Of a DNA stretch of 49,827 bases, positions 37,807-49,827 are shown piece after piece. Source of the stretch: Octopus bimaculoides (taxonomy: Eukaryota); contig NC_068993.1 in the NCBI RefSeq assembly GCF_001194135.2, positions 43,819,024 through 43,868,850 on the forward strand, written 5' to 3'. A model generated the notes under the pieces. The model was not told where the DNA came from, searched no databases, and worked only from the letters and a program-made list of their open reading frames with translations. The position numbers and the translations under genes are program-made. Each line of letters begins with the position of its first letter. Position 1 is the first letter of the stretch.

Positions 37807-39481
37807 TGCTTTATATAATGTCTTAGATATTCATGCACAAATGATATAATACAAAACTCTTTGTGTGTGTGTTTTTGTTGTTTTTTTCTAGAAGTTAAAA
37901 AAAAATTGAATGTGTTTTGACACATCAAATAGGTGGGTTTTTTTTAAATTTTATTTTTGGTAGTCTTTTTTTTACCATTCCAAAAATAAAGAATTCCCAA
38001 GAACTTTTATTAGATTTCATCATCTAACTACCATGCAGTTTTTTTTTTTCTTTTATTCTTATTTTATTTTGTTTCATTTCATTTCATACAATAATTTCTA
38101 ATATTGGCATAAAGCCACATGGGAAAGGCTGCAATTAGATTACCTGCAGTATGTGACTGGTATATTATTTTTTCGACCCCAGGAAGAATGAAGAGCAGAA
38201 TCAATCTCAGTAGGATTTGAGCTTAGAACATAACATAAAAGAATAAATATCACAAGGCATTTAATCTATCACTCTACTGATTTTGCTATTGGAGTGGATA
38301 TTACAAAATGGTCCCGGGTCCCTCCACCCACAGAATGATATGATTCACCTTACTGTAAATTCTTTCTACTATAGGCACAAGGCTAGCCAATTACATTGAC
38401 TCCTGTGCTCAACTGGTACTTATTTTATCAACCCTGAAAGGATGAGAGTCAAAGTCTACTTTGATGTAATGAGAACTCAGAACATGTAGACAGATGAAAT
38501 GTCACTAAGCATTTTGTTCATTGTGCTAATGTTTCTACCAGCTCACTGCATTACACCTTAATTTAAACTGGTACTACAGTGGTACAATCTAGCTATTTAT
38601 ATACTACTATAGTATGATCCATTTTGCTGTAAATTGGTATCACAGAATAATACAGTCAAGCTATGTATCTGATAGATTGGTACAATTCAGTGGGATCATT
38701 GTAAAAATAACTGCTGCTGTTTATCCTCATAACATCCCTAAGATCTAGATGCTCCCGCCATGACTATCTGTTTTTTATTCAGCTATTGTATATCTTGATT
38801 ATATGGCAGGGTATGATTTGAGAGAGATCAGTTACTATTTCTATTAGTGCTGAGTAACCACACTGAGTAGTGATTCCTCGTCTTTTCTATGCCTTATTCT
38901 AGGAAATGTTTGATTAGTTTTTGCATCTACAAAAGTATTATCACATTTAAAGATGAAAATAGTTTTTTTTTTTTTTTAGTTGAACCACATTCAATGATTC
39001 AGTTTAATGCAAAAGAATGGTTTTTGTGGGTCAGTTCATTTTGCAGCTATGTAGTTCTGAGTTCAGTCACAGTACATGGCACCTTTGGCAAGTGTCTTCT
39101 ACTGTAGCCTTAAGTTGACCAAAAGCCTTGTAAGTGAATTTGGTAGACAAAAACTGAAAAAGAAGCTTGTTTTACATATATAGGCATGGCTCTATGGTTC
39201 TGTTCATTTTGCAGCCATGTGGTTTTAAGTCCAATCCCATTACATGGCATCTTTGGCAAGTGTCTTCTGTAGCCTCAAGCTGACCAAAACCTTGAGTGAA
39301 TTTGGTACATGTAAACTGAAAAAGAAGCCTGTTGTACATATATGTGTCACCTTGTCTAGACATCATGCACCACTATCATATAACCACTGATGTTTATTTA
39401 TGTTCTATGGAATCATATCCAGACTAGGGGAAAATATTACCTTGAAAACGGGTAATGATTGGCAACAGGAAGAGCATTTGG

Positions 39482-39860
39482 TCATAAAAAAGAGCATCTT
39501 TGTTCCTGCTTCTCATTCATGACTTTATCAAAACTTGGAACTTTTGTGCTGATTATAATTTGTAGGACTAGTGAATTCATATAATTCCTAAATTTTGTCT
39601 TCATTGACAAAAGAAAATTGAATCCAGAGTCATGCAAAGACAAGGTGCATTCCAGAATTTTGAGACTTTTACTGGAGAGACTATTTATTTCAAAGAAGTA
39701 CAAAACTAATTTCCTTCAAAGTAGGATAATCTGACTTCAATGCGCTTCTTGTATTGCTCCAGTCATTTCATGAAGGCCCTCTAAAGTGGTGTCCAGGACC
39801 TTTGTCACAGCTTCCTTCATCTTCAGCTGTAGATGTCTTGCTATAAACAAGACTCATGGC
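39482..39860 (-). mobile_element. hAT (Charlie/Buster-like) transposase C-terminal remnant
   Basis: SLSSKSLKIL...DSGFNFLLSMKTKFRN...PSFDKVMNEKQEQ resembles the hAT dimerization domain. Confidence 0.5.
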
Positions 39861-40209
39861 ATTCCTGCATTATATGAGTGGTGGGGAGATGGTTATGATG
39901 AGGTGTCACACACAAAATCACAAAATCTAAGATGCATTGAACTAATTCGTATGTATATTGTGTGCTCCGAAAGTTTAAAGATCTACAATTATTACACAAG
40001 TAAATACAGTAACATACAAACGTTCTAAAATGTAGCTAAAAACTGTAAGACACCTATTGTAACATCATCATCATCATTTAACATCCTTTTCCATGTTGGC
40101 ATGGATTATATGGTTTGACAAGGGCTATGCAAAGTTCTCTTGTCTGCTTTGGTATGGTTTCTATAGCTGGATACCTGCATGGACAAGCATTACCAAAGGT
40201 GATTTTTAG

Positions 40210-40482
40210 GATATCAATTATTCTGTGCTGGACCAGTCTTCTTGAGTACAGCAAAACACCAGTCATCTCAGTCCTTTGTCATTTCCTCTGTAAGGCTCAG
40301 TGTCTTGAGATTGGCCTTCAATATTTCATCCCATGTCTTCCTGGGTCTCCTTCTTCCACTATTTCTATCCACCTTAATTGATTGGTACTTCTTTATGCAC
40401 CCGCCTACCACAACAACTGATGTCCTGAAACCACCTTGGTAAAGCTTGCCCATGAGAGGCTCTACCTTGTCAATCTTCTTCC
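40210..40482 (-). mobile_element. RTE LINE 3' fragment
   Basis: GRRRPRKTWDEILKANLKTLSLTEEMTKD, typical RTE ORF C-terminus. Confidence 0.7.
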
Positions 40483-41096
40483 NNNNNNNNNNCAAGGCCA
40501 CATTTCATCTCCTGACATCCAAAAAGCACTGGTGTTGGTACCAAGTAAAAAAGAACTGGTGTTGATGCTGTGTAAAAGCACCTAGTACATTCTGTAAAGT
40601 AGTTGGCATTAGGAAATGCATCCAGTTGTAGAAACCATGCCAAAACAGGCATGGAGCCTGGGCAGCTTTTCAGTTGGCCAGCTCCTGTCAAACCGTCCAG
40701 CCCATGCTAGCATGGAAAACGGGCATTAAGTGATGATGATAATGATGATTTTCCCCAGGATTTATGACCATTTTCAAACTTCTGCAAAGTAATTTCTGCA
40801 TTTTCATGGTGGTGGTGGTGGTGGGGATTCTTTCATCCTCCAGGTTTTCCTTTTCCTAGTTAAGTTTATTTTCGTTTTCTTTTTCTTTGTATCGGAATAG
40901 CTCTTATTTTCAAGTCCCTCCACGGTAATCTATATTGAGTAGTACATTTTTCACGTGGGAAAAAACTCTCTCTCTCTCTCACACACGCACACACAATTTT
41001 TACTAATCCATACAAGTAGTAGTATAAAAAAAATAAAATAAGTTGAAAATGCACTGAGAGTGTATAAGATTTATATTAATACTAATATAAATCTTA

Positions 41097-41305
41097 AGGC
41101 GGTGAACGGGCAGAATAGTTAGCAATCCTAGCAAAACGCTTAACACCATCTGTCCGTCTTTACATTCTGGGTTCAAATTCCGCCAAGGTCGACTTATTCT
41201 TTTGGGATTGATAAAATAAGTACTAGTTGAACGCTGGGGTTGATGTAATCGACTTATTCCCTTCTCCCAAATTGCTGGCCTTGTGCCAGAATTTGAAACC
41301 AATAT
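41097..41305 (+). mobile_element. tRNA-derived SINE, family C, CpG-rich copy
   Basis: ggcggtgaacgggcagaa...gggttcaaattcc (B box)...gggattgataaaataagtact; decayed copies ~6278-6735 (tandem pair), 8055-8535 (pair), 23134-23270, 23415-23610, 38100-38545(-), 41360-41460(-). Confidence 0.7.
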
Positions 41306-43714
41306 TAAAGTAAATCTAATGCACTCTCAACAACGTTTATGATATATATATATATATATTCTTTTCTACTCTAGGCACAAGGCCCGAAATATTTTAGGGA
41401 GGGGGCCAGTCGATTAGATAGACCCTAGTACGCAACTGGTACTTAATTTATAGACCCCGATATATATATATATATATATATATGTCCTAGCATGGCCGTA
41501 GTAACTAAAATAAGTCAAAGACTATATACACACATAATATGTGTGTGCACGCTTGTACGTATAATTTAATGGAAATAGTTTATCGTTATAAACTCTAGGT
41601 TTAACAAGCAGAAATTAAGGAATAATGACTCCATATTATTGATAAACGTGAACATATTCTGCAGCTACCAACCTATATGCCTATTTTCGATTTNNNNNNN
41701 NNNNNNNNNNNNNNNNNNNNNNNNNNNNNNNNNNNNNNNNNNNNNNNNNNNNNNNNNNNNNNNNNNNNNNNNNNNNNNNNNNNNNNNNNNNNNNNTATAT
41801 ATATATATATCACAGAGTTAAATAACTTCGTGGCCGTCCTAAACGGATAGACAGATCGCACGAGTGCTACAGAAGGCATGCTGGGTAACAATCCTAGTTT
41901 TCATTTTCACTTTTAATCACGAAACACTAAATCCAAAACAAAATGAGAAAAGCTGAAATTGATGGTGAGTGTATATATATTTATTTGAAATGTAATCCAA
42001 ATTTTAACGCTACCCAATATGTATGTGTGTTAGTGTTTACATTTATATATATAAACACGTTTACACACTTTAAGTAACACCGGACAGATATAAGTTTTGC
42101 TTAAGGACTTCTAAGTTCTGTTTTCAAAACTAAATAAAGAACAGAGGTTTGTTCGATCTTTGTGAAATAACAGCCAATTCTCTCAAATCAGATCCTACCG
42201 TCTTAAAACAAAGGAAGCGGGATTTTAATAATGTAGTCCCTAATATTGTAGTACAAAATCTAGGATGGTCGTAACGAGCACGCCTATGTTTACATAGGCT
42301 CAATCACTAGGCTGTTCTGGGTTGCATCGGAACAACAATAAAGGAAAATTTGATAATTAAATGACGGAGAAGCACGTTTTCCATAACTTACGTTAGGTAT
42401 TTTGTATCTTCAGACTGGATTATCACACGGGGACGGAGCTAAGTATCAGTTTCGCACAATTTATCGGAAGTATTAAAGTTTTGTAATTTGTAATATTTTA
42501 GATACTTCTGTGTCTATAATATGTATACTTGTAAGTATACACTGCAAAATAAATATTGGTAAGTGGGTTTGAGATTTTGTCTATATATCTATTTACTTGC
42601 TTAACTGCTTTTTTTTTCTGTTTCGCCTCTACTCATATTCTTTTTCCATTATTCTCTCTCTCCATGTAGACAAATATCTTTGCACATAGATACACCATCT
42701 CCCTCCAAGTACAATGTCTTTACCATATTATTTTAACGAAAATATTATTGAAATTGAAACTGTAAATACACCAAGATGCGAACTTTTTGTTAAAGGGTGG
42801 AGGTTTATTGTTCCGAACACCTCATGTTACAAAGTACAGTAGCGCAGGAACACGCACATGTATACACACACCTTGTTTGCATATACTGTACTACTCTGAC
42901 TTCGTCAAACTTCATTCGCTATCAGTTTGTTTGGCAACCGTAGAATTTTTTTTTCCTTGACACTATGCTGTGGCCAATTATTTACCTGTCTTAAGGATAT
43001 TTTTGGTATAATTAAGGTTTGACTCTGCGTTGTTTTTAAGGGACGGGATTGTGTGTTTAAAGGGAGATTTGATGGTGGTTTCTATCGAATTGTCCGAACA
43101 GAGGTTTCTAACAACACAAAACAGGTCGTTACATTATACCTCAACTTAAATTTTTTCGACTTTTTAATTTTTTTAAAAAGAAATTAATGGAAAAATAATA
43201 AAAAATAAAACTCAACGTCACCCGATTTATTCTAGTTTATGTTGGTTTTTGCGAACATATTTAAAACCATAAAATCTTTAAGAAAAAAAAAACACACCTA
43301 AAATCAATACCGAAGTAGAAAATTAAACAGAATATGGGGAAATACGTACAAATCATTTATTAAAACAGATAAAAGCTTATAAATTTCTTTTAAAATGTTC
43401 ACAGTTATGGCTTTACGGGACCAAATAGTTCCAGCATTTCACCGCGAGGGAACGGTGTAGTACGTAGCAGGAAATTCAAATGTTAGGTTTGTGTTTGTTG
43501 TGTATTGATGTTCGTCCTTGATGTTTATGAAGATGATCACATCAGCAACAGTACTCCTTGTGGGTCCTGAGGTGGCATATTAGGTTTATACTGGCATTAA
43601 AATCCACAGTTATAGTAGAGACACGTAATAACAGAATCAGGACCCGGTGGAACTCTTGTTTTCCGTGTAGCCGTCTAATGTGTAAAAACTTGTGCTTTTT
43701 TTTTTACATATATT

Positions 43715-44581
43715 ATGCCCCGCAAGAAAGCTCCTGCTAAATCTAGTCCTGGTGGTCCTAAGCGCCATGCTATTTCTTTGGAGTATAAATTGGCAATGAT
43801 TAAACGTTATGAAAAAGGTGAACGAATGGTAGCGATAGCGCGTGCTTATGGCTTAAGTCGAACGACCGTATCTACAATTATTCATGACAAGGAAAGGATT
43901 TTAACTCATATCCAAGAGACTGCTCCCGGGATGAAGAGTACCGTAATCACCAAGAAAAGAGGTAAAATCATCCAAGAAATGGAACACCTTCTTTCCTTTT
44001 GGCTCGAACGGCAGACTCGTCAGCGCAACCCCATAAACCAGATGATAATTCAAGAGAAAGCGCTTTCATTGTTCAAAGACCTTAAGAAGAAGTATCCTGA
44101 CAATGCAACAGAGGATTTTAAGGCCAGTTCAGGATGGTTTATGCGATTCAAGCAGCGACACAATCTTTATAACGTTAAGGTCCAAGGCGAAAGTACATCG
44201 GCAGTAACTGATGCTGAAAAGCAACCGCTCACAAATGAGGAGCTGATGAAACTCCACGAACAGCAACAACAAGAGGAGGCCCAGCAACCGGAACCAGAAC
44301 TTAGGCACTTCACCATCAACAAAATGCAGCAAGCTTTTGTATATATGGAGAAATCACTAACCCTCTTCGAGGAGATGGATCCTAATGCTGAGCGCTTTGC
44401 TAAAATTATGGGAGCTGTTCACGACGCTTATGTTCCTTATAGGGTTATCCTGGAAGACATGAAGAGTAAAACCATTCAAGGTACTCTAGAGAAGTTATTA
44501 CTATACGTTGAAAGTCGACGGTCTGAATTGGAAACGTCTGATGATAAACCGATTCCTTCAACTTCAATGTCAACTCCATAA
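43715..44581 (+). CDS. pogo/Tigger (TIGD/CENP-B family) transposase-derived protein lacking the DDE domain, 288 aa
   Basis: Uninterrupted ORF; CENP-B-type N-terminal HTH (KRHAISLEYKLAMIKRYEKG...SRTTVSTIIHDKERI), Tc5-type HTH (EMEHLLSFWL...FKASSGWFMRFKQRH), GESTSA, then directly QPLTNEELM and the Tigger-type C-terminal helical tail; no DET/DNA/PMD catalytic motifs. Confidence 0.85.
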   Translation: MPRKKAPAKSSPGGPKRHAISLEYKLAMIKRYEKGERMVAIARAYGLSRTTVSTIIHDKERILTHIQETAPGMKSTVITKKRGKIIQEMEHLLSFWLERQTRQRNPINQMIIQEKALSLFKDLKKKYPDNATEDFKASSGWFMRFKQRHNLYNVKVQGESTSAVTDAEKQPLTNEELMKLHEQQQQEEAQQPEPELRHFTINKMQQAFVYMEKSLTLFEEMDPNAERFAKIMGAVHDAYVPYRVILEDMKSKTIQGTLEKLLLYVESRRSELETSDDKPIPSTSMSTP

Positions 44582-44804
44582 TCCACGCTTCTCCAACCTC
44601 CACTTCTGTCTAAATCAAGCTCATCGATATCATCAATCAGGTAAATGTTGCTTTTTTATTTTGTTATTTTTAGGGCTATTTAAAATAAAAATTCTTAACA
44701 TTATCTCTTTGAATCCTTGTTTAAATATTCAAAGTAGAGTATTTTTATAGCGACCGGAAGTCTTTTTTTTTTTACGATTTTCAATGAATTTTAAAATGTT
44801 TTCT

Positions 44805-44883
44805 TTTTTCGTGTTACGTCAGTTTTCAAGTTAGATCACATGTCTTGGAATCTTTTACCGACTTTAGTTGGGGTATACCTGTA
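44805..44883 (+). mobile_element. Right end (subterminal region + TIR + TA) of the pogo-like element
   Basis: ...gtcttggaatcttttaccgactttagttGGGGTATACCTG|TA; reverse complement TA|CAGGTATACCCC resembles pogo/Tigger termini; no matching left TIR seen upstream. Confidence 0.6.
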
Positions 44884-45187
44884 TATTGTGGGTCGGTTTT
44901 TCTACGCTGGTACTGGTTGGACGGGTACTTATTTGAAACTGTATTTTACTGTTGGATGCTCTTGTCGCCAACCCAATAAAGGATTATTTTTAAATCAATA
45001 TTTCGAGTGCAGAGCTATGGGATTTAATGTAATGCTCGCTGAGATTTTGTTTTTCTCAGACGATCCCATCTGATGGAGTGCGCCTATCCCCCGCCCACAG
45101 ATATGTATGCATGCATGTATATATAGATAATTCTATAGAGGTGGAAATTTAGTTTGTTCAAAACAGTAATTTTTTGGGGTGTATGTT

Positions 45188-45411
45188 TTAACCCTCTAGC
45201 ATTCAAATTACTCTGTCAAATGTAATGCTTATTTATTTATATTATTTTGAATTAAACATGCATTATCTCATTGCTTTGAGATTTCGACTATGTGATTGTT
45301 TACTTTTAGAATGATATTGTAGGATTGGTGTGAGAGGCCAGATCTGGCCAGTTTAGATGCAAAACAGAATATTTGGGCTGGATGTGGCCAATTTAAATGC
45401 TAAAGAATTAA
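45188..45411. mobile_element. piggyBac-like MITE
   Basis: TTAA|CCCTCTAGCATT ... AATGCTAAAGAA|TTAA; partial second copy at 47784-47985. Confidence 0.6.
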
Positions 45412-45559
45412 ACATTGGAGATTACGAATCTGCCCTTTTTTCAAAAATCTGTAGTTTTTGCTTTCCACCTACACCTTTCCTTAATTTTTCATGTTTGGAT
45501 CGTTTTTTGAATTTTTTTCAATAATTCTATAATAAAAGTATATTAAATAAGGAAAACAT

Positions 45560-45985
45560 TGGTAATCGAGGTAGTTAGAGTCTGCAATAGAATACTTAAG
45601 ATTAGATTAGTGCTACATTATGGGTTAGCAACCATTATCTCGGCCTATGCCCCTCAGAAAGACCTATCTCATGACACCCTCTTGCTGACGACCTCGTGGA
45701 CGAATGACAAGGACCTTCTCTTTGTGGCTGGTGATTTCATGTTGCACAACATGCAGGAGGCTTCCATGGCATACATGGAGGCTATGGTTTTGGTTCCCGC
45801 AATGAGGAGAGACCCAGGCTGCTGGAGTTCTGCGATGCAAATGATCTTATGGTTTGCAATACTAACTTCAGGAAACCTACCAGTCACCTAGTCACCTACC
45901 GTTCCAGCAGACACACTAGTCAGATTGACTATATCCTCACCAGGAAAAGGGAAAGATGGCTACTTATAAATGCCAAAACCTTAAA
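45560..45985 (+). mobile_element. RTE LINE apurinic endonuclease fragment
   Basis: IISAYAPQ, FVAGDF, GYGFGSRNEE...LLEFCDANDL..NTNFRK..HLVTY...SQIDYIL with frameshifts. Confidence 0.8.
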
Positions 45986-46339
45986 ACTCAAGACTGTAAT
46001 AATAACGTAAACAAAAATCGAGACGCCTTGTGAACATTCTCGCGAGTTCCAGAACTTTGAATTGTATTGGCTAGCGATCTCCACAACAGGATGAAGTCTA
46101 GCAGAGAGGAGACAGCATAGCTGGAGAAAGAAATGGTTCTGGAGGGAGGAGAGGAAAGGGGGCAATATGTAAGAGGGAATGTGAGTGCGTAGAATGTGTT
46201 TATTCTGCTTTCTGGTGATTATGGTAGCTGAATAATATCAGAGATAAAGAAGTGATGAGTATTGGGAATGAGATGTGGGGCAGAGCTTCACATGTACAAG
46301 CATTTACCAAGATGGTTTTAGGATATCAATTCTGTTATA

Positions 46340-47780
46340 ACGGGTAGGTTTTCTCAAGCACAGCAAGGCACCAGATGTTTTGGTCCTTTGTCAATCTCCT
46401 CTTTGAGACTGACCTCACTATTTCATCCTATGTCTTTCTGGAACTCCCTCTTTCACAAGTTCTTTCCACTTTAAATGACTGGCTCTTCTTTATGCAACTG
46501 CCCTCTTCTATACATATCACATGACTGTACCAGTGCAGTCTTCTCTCTTGTATACTACATCTTATACCTTTATACCTAACCTTTCTCTCAATATACTAAC
46601 ACTCTGTTATACAAATATACTGACATTGCACATCCAATGTCTAGTTTCATTCTTCTCTAGTCTTTGCATGTTCTACGCATTTAGGGATCACATCTCACTA
46701 CCATGTAGCATTGCAGTTTGTACACAAGTATCATATAATCTTCAATTCACTCAGAGAGAGAGAGCCTTCATTGTCAATAGAGGTAAAATCTCTGAATTTT
46801 TTTCATCCTATTATTATAACAATTACTCTTTCATAACATCCTCTTCTGCTGCTAATTAGGTCACCTAGGTAACAGAAACTATCAGCAACCTCTTGAGAGC
46901 TTCTGGGGTATTTGAGAAAATCAATTTCCCATGTATCTGTAGTTTTTATGGCACCTGTGCATCTTCCACACACAAACACTACTTCTCTGTTAACCTTCCT
47001 GCGATTCCACTGCACCTCTTGCATCTCCATACCTTGTACTGAGCACTCTGAATGGAATTCTTGCCTACATCTTCCTTATATATCAAGCAGGGTCATTTAC
47101 CTGAAGTGGGTTGAGTTTTCTTGCTAATCAGATCCTTGGTCTTTGCTAGTTTAACTATAAGCCCCTTTGATTCCAGGTTCTGCTATCATACTTGGTCCAG
47201 CAATTTGATACCTCTATAATTACTTCTATCAAAGACATCTCCCTTATCCTTATAACAGCTGACTATAATGCTGCTACACCAGTCATTGGGGATTATGCCT
47301 TTCTGAATAACCTGAATTAACTATACAGGTGATTGGGTCATATCCTATTCTACCCTCTTTTGTAACTCCTTATGGATCAGGGAGTTTCCCTGTCTTCATA
47401 TCTTTAATTGCCTTATCTATTGTGCTGCAGTCTGCTAGAGTAACTAATCTCTCTGTTGGGTTTACACAAAGAAGACCTCCTTTCTCCCATTCATTCTCTA
47501 CATTTAATAGCCTGTCACAGTAGCTCTTCCCTGTTCCTTTTTTCTCAGAATATCTAGGTGCAAGCATACCATTACCCATTCATGTACACTACTGTCCAAC
47601 ATCTTGATTCTTTCTGACATACCATCTAGCAATTCAGAACACCCCAAGTTTCTTATCTTCATACTGTAAGACATTAATAAACCTCTTCCTTTCTGCTTTT
47701 GCCCTAACTAGATAAACCTATCATCTAGCTTCCCTTTTATCTACCTGATATACTTCTTTGCTACCCTATCTTTTTGACTC
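46340..47780 (-). mobile_element. Fragmented RTE LINE
   Basis: LLNVENEWEK...IDKAIKDMKTGK (pre-RT), VVFVCGRCTGAI...DSFCYLGD (post-RT), many stops. Confidence 0.75.
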
Positions 47781-49514
47781 TTTCTGTCAAATGTAATACT
47801 TTTTTATTCATATTGTTTTCAATTAATCATGCATTATCTTGCAGCTTGGAGATTTCAGTGTTGTGATTGTTCATTTTTAGAATGACATTGTAGGTATGTT
47901 TGGGAGGCCAGATCTGGCCAGTTTGAATATAAAACAAGTAGAATATTTGGGCTCAATATGGCCAGTTTAAACACTAAAAAGTTAAATTACTGCACTCTTC
48001 CAGATTTAAATTGCTAGTTAATTCAGCATTCTTAATGTTCAAAACCATTTCAAGTGTTTGTCAACACCTTAGGTGGGCACATAGACCCCATCGACTAATG
48101 TAAGTTAGGTACTGATTCTGTTGATCAGATTTTTTGCTGTACTGCTAAATTATGGGGATCAATACAGCACACATCTCCCCTCTCTCTCAGAATTTCTATT
48201 TATGGAAATGTAGTTTTCATTTGTAAGATTCACTCACATGGCATGGGTTAGTTTGTGTTTATAGTAGAATACACTTGCCCAAGGCACTATACATTGGATT
48301 GAACCTGAAGCCATGTGGTTCGGAAGCAAACTTCCTAACCATATAGTCATTCTTGTGCTTACCACTGAGGAAATAACAAAAAATTTCACTTTTTCATGCA
48401 AAATGAAGTATTTCCTTTTTATTTCATCATCATCATCATACAACATCTATTTTCGATGCTGGCTTTTGTTGGGTGGATTGATAGGATCCGAGTTTAGATG
48501 TCTTCCTAATGTCAGCCCTTTCTCAGAGGGTACTGGATGCTTTATTCATGCTGCTGGCACTAGTGAGGTTGCCAAATAACTTGCAAAACAGTAAAAAAAA
48601 AAACAATGGAAAAAGTCCCTTTAACTATGTGGTGGGGTAGGTGATTGGGTTAGTTTTTGAGAAGAGGGGAAAGATGGCTTTATGTCAGGTGTTAGGAGAG
48701 TGAAAGTATGACAGAGGGACAAGAATAGGTGTCTTGCTATAATGAAGATACACAGCTACCCTGCATTATATAAGGGTGGGTGAAAGTGGGCAACATGATG
48801 ATAAGATGGCAGTGATGGGGGTACTGAGGAAGAACAATACCTATAACCAGTTTTCAAGGGATATTAATTGGGAGGAAGGGAGGGAGACCTGGCATGAATG
48901 CTTTCATTAAGATTAATCCCACTGAAGACATCCAAGGGCTTGAAGAAGGAGAGAATCCATAATTGTCATATCTTTTATTCAGACATAATGTATCTAGAAG
49001 TATCTTAAGCATCTTTTGTTTTTGATGACAAGAGAGTAGGGTTTGAGATTTGGTTGCTATTTCTAGCAGGTTAAGTTTTCTCTTAGAGGCTTTTTGTTGT
49101 TGTTGTATTTGTTTACAATAGAGCAATTTTTTTAATTGGAGTTTTGTTTAATTTTGCAGCTATGTTGGTGCTACAAAAACAACAATATTTTCATTGACAA
49201 CAACAAACAGTGCTCTGCATCAGTATTTGTTGATGACGACAACTGCAACAAGAACACAATAAATATTAGCAACAACAACAGCAAGAACAATGACAAAAAA
49301 TAGAAAAAAACGAACTACAACACTGAGTGCAGCAGCTGCAGAAAAGATAATATCAAGTGCAACAACAGCAATCAGGAAATCAGTAGCAACGACTGCAACA
49401 GTTGGAGTTAATAGTACTGATACTAATATTACCACTAATAATATTAATAATAATAATAATAATAATAATAATGATAACCACAACAGCAGCAGCAAGAATA
49501 GAAACAACAGCAAC

Positions 49515-49827
49515 AGTAAGAACAGTAATAACAACAGCAGCAGTAAGAACAGCAACAATAACAGTAGCAGTAAGAACAGCAACAATAACAGCAGCAGTAA
49601 GAACAGCAACAATAACAGTAGCAGTAAGAACAGCAACAATAATACCAGCAGTAAGAACAGTAATAACAACAGCAGCAGTAAGAACAGCAACAATAACAGC
49701 AGTAGTAAGAACAGCAACAATAACAGTAGCAGTAAGAACAGCAACAATAATACCAGCAGTAAGAACAGTAATAACAACAGCAGTAGTAAGAACAGTAATA
49801 ATAACAGCACCAGCAGTAAGAACAGTA
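49515..49827. repeat. 27-bp minisatellite AGTAAGAACAG(C/T)AA(C/T)AA(T/C)AACAG(C/T)AGC, about 11.5 copies, continuing past window end
   Basis: Direct reading; preceded by triplet-derived low-complexity sequence 49200-49514. Confidence 0.92.

Noticed and set aside
44531-44546. GAAACGTCTGATGA inside the pogo ORF
   Set aside because: Core-like words but no helices in hammerhead topology
49220-49810. 196-aa Leu-rich minus-strand ORF
   Set aside because: Antisense reading of a triplet-derived minisatellite

Overview
AT-rich, gap-containing (nine N-runs), repeat-dense animal genomic DNA; repeat style and proteins suggest a mollusc, probably an octopod cephalopod (inference). Three coding units, all on +: (1) a 15-coding-exon SPATA5/AFG2A AAA+ ATPase gene (3565-29392; all introns GT-AG with consistent phases; 2721 nt, 906 aa); (2) an intronless-CDS Tim8 small-TIM chaperone (37540-37806); (3) an intact 288-aa pogo/Tigger-derived ORF (43715-44581) with both DNA-binding HTH domains and the C-terminal tail but no DDE catalytic domain, and only a right TIR. 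The rest is SINE families, RLE-type (R4/Dong-like) and RTE LINE fragments, mariner, hAT, piggyBac-, Kolobok- and Helentron-type remnants and microsatellites. Most notable: a ~530-bp fold-back insertion in SPATA5 intron 1 (5243-5774), bounded by a 12-bp direct repeat, built from a tRNA-like Pol III head plus a minimal Penelope-type hammerhead ribozyme motif (retrozyme-like); the antisense copy has an intact core and the copy in the pre-mRNA sense has a U4C core change. No tools were run; family assignments are from motif recognition by eye.
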